Positions 1-8,854 of a stretch of DNA of 64,000 nt are shown here, piece by piece. The stretch is from an uncultured delta proteobacterium (GTDB lineage: Bacteria > Desulfobacterota > Binatia > UBA9968), in assembly GCA_963771465.1 (NCBI GenBank), contig CAVYTU010000016.1, positions 1 to 64,000 on the forward strand. The letters run 5' to 3'. A program made the translations under genes and the position numbers. Position 1 is the stretch's first letter; each line of letters starts with the position of its first letter. Under the pieces are notes generated by a model that saw only the letters and a list, made by a program, of their open reading frames with translations, did no database searches and was not told the origin of the DNA.

Positions 1-1029
1 AGTGCAATCCAAGGCCGTATCCCTCTCCCCGGCGGGGACGCGAACCGACTGGATAATTTGCACCGGTCTTGTGCCGTCGCGAGCCAAGAGCGTGTGTGCT
101 CGCTTGGTGTATTTCAGCAAGCTTATGTCGGGCTGCCACAACCGGGCGTTTTGGGAGCCGATGACGGTGAAAGGAATGTCTTCCCCCAGTTGGCTCGGGT
201 CACCGGTGGTTTTTATCTCTTTGCGGAGCAGCCCCAAGGCTTCATGAATGATATCTTCATTGCGAATGGATTGGTGCGTGGTGTAGGTCTTGTTGAACTG
301 TTTGCTGTAGGTTGCGCCGTCCGTGGCCAGGTTGTAACCGTTCGCTTCAGCGAACATATCAAAAGCTGGATTGCGCGGCTCGCAGGCATTGTTGTGGATC
401 GCCGGGTCGACATTGGTGAATGTCGATAGCGCGTCTCCCAGGTGAGCGTCGCGCAGTATCACGCCGTCCGCCTTGGGCAAGTTGTGTAGGTTGGTATCGT
501 CGCAAGGAATGATCTTCTCCGGTCCCTGGCACGCCCCCGGGCCGTTTTCTGCGACATTCTGATAATACAGCATCAGAGGCGCCCCCATACTCGAGCCCAG
601 TAGTACGACTTTTGTAATCGCTGGAAGTGCTGATGTAGCTGGAAGGTTTTTGAGAAAATTTATTGAAGATCGAATACCGGGGGCATGCTGTTCATAGCCG
701 TAGTACTCAAGATCACGGCCGCTAAACTCGCTATTGGAGCAGAACGTCGTGAAGCCCCGCTGGGCTAACGGAGCGCAAGTGGCATGATTGATATAGCGGG
801 AATTAGGATGCATGTTGAATATGGCGATATGGGCTCTCCCGAGCACGTTGGTGGTCGGTCTCCGCAATGTTGCCGCCTCTAGGTTGAGATTCGCCGTTAG
901 ACAATTCTGTACAGTGCTACATACGACGCTAGTTGTGATCGGCTGAAGCTGAGCTTCCGACACCGAGATCCATGCAATGCTGCAAAGCAGGATGATTGAA
1001 AAACCAAAAGTGAATATTCGTTTGGACAT
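1..1029 (-). CDS. Secreted alpha/beta-hydrolase, paralog of 1227..2552 (runs off the left edge; absent from the ORF track)
   Basis: AGGAGG RBS then ATG at 1029; open to position 1. MSKRIFTFGFSIILL signal peptide, GSSMG nucleophile elbow, and YYQNVAENGPGACQG matching YYQAVAENGPAYCQG of the neighbour. Confidence 0.85.
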   Translation of the reverse strand, partial: MSKRIFTFGFSIILLCSIAWISVSEAQLQPITTSVVCSTVQNCLTANLNLEAATLRRPTTNVLGRAHIAIFNMHPNSRYINHATCAPLAQRGFTTFCSNSEFSGRDLEYYGYEQHAPGIRSSINFLKNLPATSALPAITKVVLLGSSMGAPLMLYYQNVAENGPGACQGPEKIIPCDDTNLHNLPKADGVILRDAHLGDALSTFTNVDPAIHNNACEPRNPAFDMFAEANGYNLATDGATYSKQFNKTYTTHQSIRNEDIIHEALGLLRKEIKTTGDPSQLGEDIPFTVIGSQNARLWQPDISLLKYTKRAHTLLARDGTRPVQIIQSVRVPAGERDTALDCT

Positions 1030-1226
1030 ATTTCCTCCTAGAAAAACGTTAGCGGATATGTGACTGGAACACAGATTCTGTTTTCTGGAATGTTTCTCCA
1101 TCAGATTCCACTGGGTTTGGCAGGGAGGTCAACCTCAGCAGATTATCGAGCCAAGTCTTCATCTCCTAGGCTTTCAAACAAGTTGCGGATAGTGCCGAGC
1201 AGAAGCTCCGGACTTCGGCTGCAAAG

Positions 1227-2552
1227 CTAGAACCGGGCTTTCGTCCACGCAGCAACATAATCGAAAATGTTTTTACGGGCGTTCGAATAGTTAACGCCGG
1301 TCACCGCCGTACACTCGGTGCAACCTGTCCCTCCGTGAGTTGCCCCTTCAATCACGATGTAGTCCTTATCGGCGCTCGCCGCGCTTTCAAAAGTCCGCTC
1401 ACCGTCACGAATGAGGTTATGCCCCTGCATGGACATCACCAGAGTCGGCACAGAAATGCTTGCGACCGCACATATTGTGGAAGCATTGCTGGAGCACCAA
1501 TCGATTCCATCGAGCGAATTCGTCGACTGAATGGCATTCGCGCTTAGGAACGAAGTCAGTGTGAAAAATCGCGTGCCCTCAAAACTGGCGTCACTTTCTC
1601 TTCCGCTGGGATCGGGCACCCGCACCGTCTGAACTATACAGCAGTTCTCAATGGTGCCGTTGTTCTTCAGGAGCTTCGCCGGGTTGAGCGTGCAGCACAG
1701 AACGCCGGTACTCAAATCGGCAAGTTCGGCGCTCCCCCTGTGGATCACGAACGCGTCATTCTCGGTTGGGAAGTGCTTGCCCGCTTCGATGTCGGCCTTT
1801 ATCGTTTGGGCGATGTCGATCAGGTTATTCATTCGCTGAGACTGCGCATCAGTATAACGTTTTACGAATTCCTTAGAATAAACTGAATTGCCATCGGGAT
1901 TGAAACCGTTCCTAACGCTGAACGGATCAAGACTAGCGTTTATGCTGTTAGCGGGATTGTCTTCGCTTTGGACCGAGCCGTTAAGTGATTGTAGAGGGCT
2001 ACCAGAGCCTAGGGTGGGGTCCAAATAAACGATCCCGTTAGCTCTGTCGGTAGGCACAAAGCCGGCCAACCTTTGCGAACTACACTCCACGAGCTTGTTA
2101 CGGCCTTGGCAATAGGCCGGGCCATTTTCGGCTACCGCTTGATAATAGGAGACGACGGGGGCGCCAGCGCTGGGACCAATGAGGATAACTGTTGTGATTC
2201 CTGGTTGCGACCGCAGATAGCGAATGCCAGAGCGAACATCAAGAGCAATGTCCTCCCAATTCACTATTGCGTCGTTATTGTCGAACCGCGAGTTCATGCC
2301 GAGAACCATGAAGCCACGACCTGACAATTGGGCCGTCGAAGCGTGCGTCATGTAGTTGCTGGTACGATGAGTCACCAAGAATGCGATATGCGGCGCTGGA
2401 CCTGAGTCAGGGACGTAAAGTGCGCCCTTTGCGGCGCCGCCCAACGGGACGAATCGTGGATTGCTTTGCGCTAATGCGCTGGCTGCACCGTTGGTGATTC
2501 CGAAAACTAAAAATAAACAAAATGACATTAAAAGCACTTGTATCTTTGACAT
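1227..2552 (-). CDS. Secreted Cys-rich alpha/beta-hydrolase of unknown substrate
   Basis: GGGAGG RBS before MSKIQV; signal peptide; GPSAG (GxSxG); C-terminal IEGATH catalytic-His region. Confidence 0.85.
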   Translation of the reverse strand: MSKIQVLLMSFCLFLVFGITNGAASALAQSNPRFVPLGGAAKGALYVPDSGPAPHIAFLVTHRTSNYMTHASTAQLSGRGFMVLGMNSRFDNNDAIVNWEDIALDVRSGIRYLRSQPGITTVILIGPSAGAPVVSYYQAVAENGPAYCQGRNKLVECSSQRLAGFVPTDRANGIVYLDPTLGSGSPLQSLNGSVQSEDNPANSINASLDPFSVRNGFNPDGNSVYSKEFVKRYTDAQSQRMNNLIDIAQTIKADIEAGKHFPTENDAFVIHRGSAELADLSTGVLCCTLNPAKLLKNNGTIENCCIVQTVRVPDPSGRESDASFEGTRFFTLTSFLSANAIQSTNSLDGIDWCSSNASTICAVASISVPTLVMSMQGHNLIRDGERTFESAASADKDYIVIEGATHGGTGCTECTAVTGVNYSNARKNIFDYVAAWTKARF

Positions 2553-2752
2553 GACTAACCTCCCTTGTTGCGCTATTCTGATTTCGGGCACAAGAAACCT
2601 CCGGACAAATTAATAATGTTACGGCTTCTCTGTATCTTGGCTCTCTCTTGGATTTAGTGAGAAGCCCGCGCTCTTACGATAACGACCTCCTTATCAGTAG
2701 CGATTGCGCTTATAGTCCTGGCAGCCGAGCCGGGTCCAATACGTTTTTGCCT

Positions 2753-2780
2753 AATAATCAAACTTAGGGTTTTGATTATT
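2753..2780. promoter_or_regulatory. Perfect 10-bp inverted repeat AATAATCAAA-N8-TTTGATTATT, candidate operator
   Basis: Lies between the divergent hydrolase and LysR genes. Confidence 0.55.
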
Positions 2781-2825
2781 ATTGCTTTTTGTTCGCTATT
2801 CAGGCAGTAACTTGCAGCACTGGGT

Positions 2826-3773
2826 ATGACGCTCCACCAACTCAAAGTGTTCTTAGCTGTTGCAAAACATTCCAGTATCACGAGAGCAGCTCGAGAACTC
2901 AACATTAGTGAGCCTAGCGTCCATCAGCAGGTTAAATCTTTGCAAAGGGATTTTCCCCGAAGTCTCTACCAAAAAGTCGGTAGAATACTGGAGATCACTT
3001 CCGACGGCAGAGCCTTTTCCGCAAAGGCAAGTGAAATCCTGAGAAAAGTGGCCGAGCTGGAAAAAGAGTTTGTCCAGCCTCTGGTAGAAAGGCAACCTAT
3101 ATATCTAGCAGTTGGCGGCTCACATGTTTTGTCCGCTTCGATACTCGCACCCATTGTGGCGACATTTAAAACCAGGTATCCCAACGTTCAAATCGAGTTT
3201 AGAACCAAGAGCAGTCAACTTATTGAGCGACTTGTATTGGCCGAAAAAGTTGACCTTGGGTTAGTTACCAATGTGAGTTCCTCTCCGCAGCTAATTGTCG
3301 AGCCGTTTCGCTACGAGGAAATGGTGGCAATCGTTTCCAAGCAACACGCTCTCTTCAAAAAACGGGAGTTGACGATGGCAGAATTGGCACAAGCCTCTCT
3401 AATCGTTAGAACGCGTAGAAAATCCTCCCCCAGTAAACAAATTCTGGCAGAGCTGGAACAACACGGATTTGAGTTCAATGTATTAATGAAATGCGATTCT
3501 GCTCAGGGAGTGAAAGTCGCGGTGGCCAAGGGATTGGGTGTCGGGCTTCTATACCGCAGTCATGTCGAACAAGAGGTAAGAAGGGGTGAACTAAAGGTTT
3601 TAAATGTTCCGGGGCTAACGAAACGTATTCAATCATTCATCATTTACAAAGCAGAAAAACCAATTTCGCCGGCCGCTCGCGAGTTTCTCGACCTCTTACG
3701 GCAATCTCGTGAGGCGAATCCAACATTGGCTCGGCATTTGAGACATCTCAAACAAATAAGATCACGGCACTAG
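2826..3773 (+). CDS. LysR-family transcriptional regulator
   Basis: MTLHQLKVFLAVAKHSSITRAARELNISEPSVHQQVKSL HTH followed by a substrate-binding domain. Confidence 0.95.
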   Translation: MTLHQLKVFLAVAKHSSITRAARELNISEPSVHQQVKSLQRDFPRSLYQKVGRILEITSDGRAFSAKASEILRKVAELEKEFVQPLVERQPIYLAVGGSHVLSASILAPIVATFKTRYPNVQIEFRTKSSQLIERLVLAEKVDLGLVTNVSSSPQLIVEPFRYEEMVAIVSKQHALFKKRELTMAELAQASLIVRTRRKSSPSKQILAELEQHGFEFNVLMKCDSAQGVKVAVAKGLGVGLLYRSHVEQEVRRGELKVLNVPGLTKRIQSFIIYKAEKPISPAAREFLDLLRQSREANPTLARHLRHLKQIRSRH

Positions 3774-3798
3774 CCTACAAACGATTAAGGGGACAGGC

Positions 3799-3823
3799 TG
3801 AGCTGCCCCGAATTTTCGCGGAG
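3799..3823 (+). mobile_element. Possible solitary IS3-family terminal inverted repeat
   Basis: TGAGCTGCCCCGAATTTTCGCGGAG resembles the TGAACCGCCCCGG...GGAG ends of IS51-group IS3 elements; no transposase or partner end seen. Confidence 0.3.
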
Positions 3824-3917
3824 TACGGGGTCGTGCCTTAGCATGGACTTATTGGGATTCGCCTCGACAATTGTCCTGAATGGTATCGATCAACGCCGAA
3901 AGTGATGGGCTCACACT

Positions 3918-4314
3918 TCACATCCTCCGATCCAGGCTGCGATACTGAATCGCCTCGGCGATGTGGAAAACTTCGATATTCTCCGCGCCAGCGAGATCCG
4001 CGATGGTGCGACCGACTTTCAAGACGCGACTGTATGCTCGCGCACTCAGGCCGAGTTTGTTGATCGCCGTCTCCAGCAACCTCTCCGCGTCTTCTTTCAC
4101 TGCGCAGCAACGCTTGATCTCCTTCGCGCCTATCTGTGCGTTGGCGTGAATCTTGATTTTTTGGAATCGTTGCTGCTGAACCGAGCGCGCGAAACGTTCA
4201 CTCGTTTGCGAATCACGTCGGAATATCTCCGGCGTCCTTACTCGCTAGCTCTTGGTAGCGCAATCCCGGTACTTCGATTTGAATGTCGATGCGATCGAGC
4301 AGCGGCCCGGACAC
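3918..4314 (-). pseudogene. comM: 3' remnant of comM/yifB (Mg-chelatase-like AAA ATPase), frameshifted
   Basis: VSGPLLDRIDIQIEVP...(frameshifts)...HANAQIG...LGLSARAYSRVLKVGRTIADL...AEAIQYR; no 5' portion. Confidence 0.9.
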
Positions 4315-4326
4315 AACGGTTCACTT

Positions 4327-5034
4327 CTAGGCGCTGCGTGATTTTGGCCAGCGCACGCGGCTATGTTTGAGGCCGAGCCCGGCGAGTAGCGCCGCCATGC
4401 GGATGGGTGCGCCGAAACCTTCGACCACCGGCACGCCGAGCTGTTCTTGCAACCACTTCGGCTCGATATGCACGGGGCACTGGGTAATGCCCATGGGGAT
4501 GATCACTTCGGCGCCAAGATTGATCAGCCGCTTGGCCTCGTCGACGAAATTCTTGACCACCGCGTCGCGATTCGCGGTGATGTCTGGTAGTTCGAAACCG
4601 CTGGTGCCAAAACCGACGATGCGATCTTCCATGCCGTAACGGCGCACGGTCGCGCGGTTAGTGGCGAAATTTTTCGCGTGATAGGTAATCAGACCAAAGC
4701 GGTCGCCGAGTAGAGCGGCCACGTGCAGGCAGGCCTGCATCGGTGCGATCACCGGGATGTCGACCGCCGAGCGGCCGGCATCGACGGCTAAATCGAGCAT
4801 GCCCAAGGGCACGACGGCGTCGTAACCTTCGTCCTCGGCGTGCCGGTAGGCGTCGACGAAGGCCGGCGCGACGAGGGCGACTTCGGTTGGCGTCATGCCG
4901 TAGATATAAGGCGATGCGCCAACATTGACGATGCCGACTTCAACTTCGGCGTTGGAATAAGACAACGCGACATCGGCGCGCCGTTTGAATTCCTCAGGCG
5001 GATAACCGCCGATGCAAAATGCCACGCGAACCAT
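4327..5034 (-). CDS. Asp/Glu/hydantoin racemase family protein
   Basis: AGGAGG RBS before MVRVAF; EGYDAVV...D.AVDAGRSAVDIPVIAP...GAEVII...LGVPVVEG pattern. Confidence 0.85.
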   Translation of the reverse strand: MVRVAFCIGGYPPEEFKRRADVALSYSNAEVEVGIVNVGASPYIYGMTPTEVALVAPAFVDAYRHAEDEGYDAVVPLGMLDLAVDAGRSAVDIPVIAPMQACLHVAALLGDRFGLITYHAKNFATNRATVRRYGMEDRIVGFGTSGFELPDITANRDAVVKNFVDEAKRLINLGAEVIIPMGITQCPVHIEPKWLQEQLGVPVVEGFGAPIRMAALLAGLGLKHSRVRWPKSRSA

Positions 5035-5117
5035 GCAATACCTCCTAGCCAAAAGATTCACTCACCACGAAGGTCACAAAGGATGCCTTCAATCTACGAC
5101 ACGGGCTGAAGAAAAGT

Positions 5118-6485
5118 TTAAGCCCGCAGGTGTTCCATCAATGTTGTTGCCGAACTCGCTGGTCCGCAGTTTGCCACCCAGCGAATGACCTCGTCTTGTT
5201 TAACGGCGCTGAGCCTGGCCGCGGCGTTTTGCCGGAACTTGTTTTCCACCTGCAGCTGAGTCATGCGGTTTTTTAGCGAGCCGGGCGCATAAATCATTTC
5301 TACGGTTTGGCGCGCGCCCGAGTTCGTGGTGAACTCCAGCAAGCAGGGGAAAGTACCGGAATACACATTCAAGCGCGCATCCGGGATCAGCGTGATGCGC
5401 TCCATCAGCGCCTTCATATCGGCGTCCAACCATCGCTGGCGCTTGAATCCTTCGACCGAGACCTGGCCGTCCAACAGGCCGGCGGCGGCCAGATAGTAAA
5501 AACTGTGATCGGCGGTCTCGCGCGTGCGCGGGTAGCGGCGCTCTTGGTCTTCCATTTGCCTCTTGATAAACGGCGTATCCACCAAGCGCAGCGTGATCGC
5601 GCCGATGGCGGCGGGATTTTGTACCAATTCGCGCGCCCTGATCGCGGCGGCGACGATCGCCTGGGCGGTGCCGATGCATGGGTAGGCTTTGATGGCTACA
5701 TCCATGATACGATAGGGCGCGGCGACGGGGCGAACAATCGGCGTCAAGTCGGCACCGGCAAATAACGTCTTCGCGACGCCGCGCGGGCCCTCAATAATCT
5801 CCGCGGGGCCCGTCAGACCATGTTTGGCTAGTAGCGTGGCGAAAACGGCGTGGCACGCAACCATGGCGTCGGCGAGATTTTTTGCGCCGGAGAGTTGGCC
5901 GGTACGCACCGCCGACAAGGTGTTGTTGTTGGCGATGCCGACGGCCAGCGCGTGGGCCAACTGCGAGCCGCTCAACTTCATCAACCGGCCGGCGATGGCC
6001 GGCGCGACCAAGCCGGAAAAGCTTACATTGTCCCACGAGCCGCCCGGATCGCCGAGGTCTGCCAAGCGTCCGTAGATCTCGTAGCCGAGGACGATGGCGG
6101 CGAGCAATTCTTCGCCCGAGCGTTGCTCTCGCTCCGCCACCGACAGCGCCACAGCGATGTTGTCGCTCGGATGGCCGGGCAGACGGGGACCCAGGTAAAT
6201 ATCATTGGCGTCAAGCGAACGGATAAGTGCGCCGTTCAGAAACACGGCATTGGGGAGCGAGGTGCGCTCGGCGCGGCCGATCACACTGCAATGGGGCAGA
6301 CCGCCGATCTCTTGCACCGCGGCGAGAGCGGATTCGAAAGCCTCTTGCTCGTGGGCTGCCAGGGCGCAGCCGATGGCGTCGAGCAGGAGCTGCTTCGCCT
6401 GGACAGTGACGTCCGGCGGGATAGTGGCGGCGTCAAATGCGACGATCCAATCAGCCAGTTGCGCAATCAACGATTGTTTATTCAT
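5118..6485 (-). CDS. MmgE/PrpD family protein
   Basis: LDANDIY..GHPSD, KAYPC and ETADHSFYY motifs. Confidence 0.92.
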   Translation of the reverse strand: MNKQSLIAQLADWIVAFDAATIPPDVTVQAKQLLLDAIGCALAAHEQEAFESALAAVQEIGGLPHCSVIGRAERTSLPNAVFLNGALIRSLDANDIYLGPRLPGHPSDNIAVALSVAEREQRSGEELLAAIVLGYEIYGRLADLGDPGGSWDNVSFSGLVAPAIAGRLMKLSGSQLAHALAVGIANNNTLSAVRTGQLSGAKNLADAMVACHAVFATLLAKHGLTGPAEIIEGPRGVAKTLFAGADLTPIVRPVAAPYRIMDVAIKAYPCIGTAQAIVAAAIRARELVQNPAAIGAITLRLVDTPFIKRQMEDQERRYPRTRETADHSFYYLAAAGLLDGQVSVEGFKRQRWLDADMKALMERITLIPDARLNVYSGTFPCLLEFTTNSGARQTVEMIYAPGSLKNRMTQLQVENKFRQNAAARLSAVKQDEVIRWVANCGPASSATTLMEHLRA

Positions 6486-6698
6486 AAAGATCCACTTCTA
6501 CTATAGTTGGTGGCGGAGAAAAACAACTGCAAAGGAGGAAATGAAATGTTGTCCTCGCTATTTAGGAGAGATGGCAAGATTCATGACGATTGAATTGCCA
6601 GCGGTTCTCGGGCTAGAGTCCCGACTCAGTTCATTTAAGTCCAACGAAATGACATCATGAGTTCGATAAAAAGATCAGCTGCTTAACGGAGGTTAGCT

Positions 6699-7649
6699 AT
6701 GGCCAATCCAATATTACGTTTCTATTTTCGCGAACCGACCATCGATCTCAACATTCCAATTACCGACGGCACGGTGAAAATCGACGGGTTCGATTGGGAG
6801 TTCGTGCCGACTGAAGAAGCGTGCGACGCTTGGGACTGCGGCTTTGCCGCGCGGTTGCGCGCTTACGCCAAAGGCGAAGCGCATATTTCCATCCCGGCGT
6901 TCCCGAACAGAAAGTTTCGCCAGGCTTATATTTACGTTAACAGCAAAGCCGGTATTGAAGCGGCTAAGCAGCTGGAAGGCCGGCGCGTCGGCATCATGCA
7001 GTGGGATAACACCGCCGGCGTGTGGGCGCGCGGCGCGCTGCAGCATTATTACAACGTCGATTTGAAAAAGATCAACTGGTGCTCGCCGCGGGCGAAGAAG
7101 GACGGCGTCGCCGCCGGCATCGAGATTGAAAAGATCGACGCCCAAGGCGATCCCGACACACTGCTCGACAATTTACTTATCGAAGGCAAAATAGACGCGG
7201 TCATCGGCCCCAACGTGCTGCCATCGATCACCGCGCGTGATCCGCGCACGCGCCGGCTGTTCCGCGATTTTCGCAAAGAAGAACAAGACTACTATCGCAA
7301 GACCGGAATTTTTCCGACCAGCCATATCGTGACTTTGAAGCAATCCTTCGTCGACAAGCATCCCAACGCGCCGGTGGCGCTTTTAAAAGCGTTCCGCCAA
7401 TCGCGCGACGTCGCCTTCGACCGTCTGATGGGACCCGATCCGCAGATCATCGTCTATTCCTGGATGGCCGCGGCGGTCGCCGAACAGCGCGAGTTGATGG
7501 GTGATAATTATTGGCCTTACAACGTAAAGGACAACGTAAAAGCTCTCGAAGCGATAACCCAGTACGGGCACGAACAGGGATTGTCGCCGACGCGGATCGA
7601 TTACAAAACATTTTTCCACCCGGAGGCGGCGGCGTATCAGGGGGCGTGA
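6699..7649 (+). CDS. 4,5-dihydroxyphthalate decarboxylase-like protein (PBP2 fold, no signal peptide)
   Basis: IPAFPNRKFRQ, TAGVWARGAL, TGIFPTSH and WPYNV motifs; paralog at 50268..51290. Confidence 0.8.
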   Translation: MANPILRFYFREPTIDLNIPITDGTVKIDGFDWEFVPTEEACDAWDCGFAARLRAYAKGEAHISIPAFPNRKFRQAYIYVNSKAGIEAAKQLEGRRVGIMQWDNTAGVWARGALQHYYNVDLKKINWCSPRAKKDGVAAGIEIEKIDAQGDPDTLLDNLLIEGKIDAVIGPNVLPSITARDPRTRRLFRDFRKEEQDYYRKTGIFPTSHIVTLKQSFVDKHPNAPVALLKAFRQSRDVAFDRLMGPDPQIIVYSWMAAAVAEQRELMGDNYWPYNVKDNVKALEAITQYGHEQGLSPTRIDYKTFFHPEAAAYQGA

Positions 7650-7662
7650 GCGAGCGTGAGCT

Positions 7663-8715
7663 ATGAGACAGTTTTTTTCGCTAATCGTATTTATCGCTTT
7701 GGCGCAGCCAATGGCGTCATGGTCGCAGCCGTTCAAACCTAACTCGATAGGCGATCTTGCGCTGTACAGCGGTCCGGATCGTGAGCAGATGCTCGCGGCC
7801 GGGGCAAAAAAGGAAGGCAAGCTGGTTTGGTATACGGCGCTGGCCGGTGGCTCGTACAAAGATTTGGCGCAGGCATTCCAAACGAAGTATGGCGTGCCGG
7901 TCGAATCTTATCGCGGCACGAGTAAGGATTTGATCTCGAAATTTCTCGCCGAGGCGCAGGCGAAAAGATTCATCATGGACGTGGCCGAGAGCTCGCCAAC
8001 GTTGTTGATGCTGATGCAGGCCCTCAAGTTTCTGCAGCCGTTCTCGAACCCGTTTGTGAGCAAGCTGATTCCCGATGCTAGAGAGGAAGCGGGCAAGGGC
8101 GCGGTCTATTTCGCCACGGTGCGCGAGTCCTACATGGGCTTCGCTTACAACAAGAACAAACTGCCGGCGAGCGCGGTGCCGAAGAGTTACGACGATTTGT
8201 TAAAACCGGCGCTTAAGGGACGCATGTCGTTCGTTACCACGGATACCGGATCACGCACCGTGGGCGGCATGCTCAGAACCAAGGGCGACGAATATCTCAA
8301 GCGCCTGCGCGGCCAGGAAATTACCATGCACTCGGTTTCCGGCCAGGCGTTAAACGACATGATCATCTCCGGCGAAGTCGAAGCGTCACCGACGATCTTT
8401 CGCAATCACGCGCTAGTGGCGGCGGAGAAAAAGGCGCCCGTTGTGTGGGTGCCGATGGATATCGTGCCGGCGAGCGCCGGCAGCGCCGGACTGTCAACGC
8501 AGGCGCCGCATCCGCACGCGGCGGTGCTGTTCGTCGACTTTCTTTTTAGTCCCGACGGCCAGAAGATTCTTGCGGCGTACGACTACGGTAGCCCAGCAAA
8601 AGAGTACGGCTTCAAACGTTGGTATCCGGAAAAAGGCGTGACCATCCAGCAGTTGGAAAAAGAGATCGATAAGTGGGAACGCGGACTCCGTGAGTTGGGG
8701 CGGCGCCAGGGATGA
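7663..8715 (+). CDS. Extracellular solute-binding protein (Fe3+/thiamine/polyamine-type ABC SBP)
   Basis: Signal peptide; AKKEGKLVWYT, PKSYDDLLKP and APHPHAAVLFVDF motifs. Confidence 0.9.
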   Translation: MRQFFSLIVFIALAQPMASWSQPFKPNSIGDLALYSGPDREQMLAAGAKKEGKLVWYTALAGGSYKDLAQAFQTKYGVPVESYRGTSKDLISKFLAEAQAKRFIMDVAESSPTLLMLMQALKFLQPFSNPFVSKLIPDAREEAGKGAVYFATVRESYMGFAYNKNKLPASAVPKSYDDLLKPALKGRMSFVTTDTGSRTVGGMLRTKGDEYLKRLRGQEITMHSVSGQALNDMIISGEVEASPTIFRNHALVAAEKKAPVVWVPMDIVPASAGSAGLSTQAPHPHAAVLFVDFLFSPDGQKILAAYDYGSPAKEYGFKRWYPEKGVTIQQLEKEIDKWERGLRELGRRQG

Positions 8716-8717
8716 CG

Positions 8718-8742
8718 TCGTGATCGTGTTCGTGGCTCGTAC
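8718..8742. repeat. TCGTGN hexamer tandem repeat (single arm)
   Basis: tcgtga tcgtgt tcgtgg c tcgtac directly after the stop codon. Confidence 0.65.
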
Positions 8743-8854
8743 TGTGTTTATTAGAGAATCGGAATGGTTCGTCATTGGGAACAGCGGGTTCGCTGGTTGG
8801 AAGTAGACTCAATCGAAACTGGTTTGCAGCGCCGGCAAATAGCGGTTTAAGATC

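Noticed and set aside
2-429. Short ORFs 2..247, 58..429 and 213..413
   Set aside because: Shadows of the real minus-strand hydrolase running 1029 to the window edge
1049-1162. 37-aa minus-strand ORF (MKTWLDNLL...) between the hydrolases
   Set aside because: AGGAG abuts the ATG with no spacing and there is no recognisable motif
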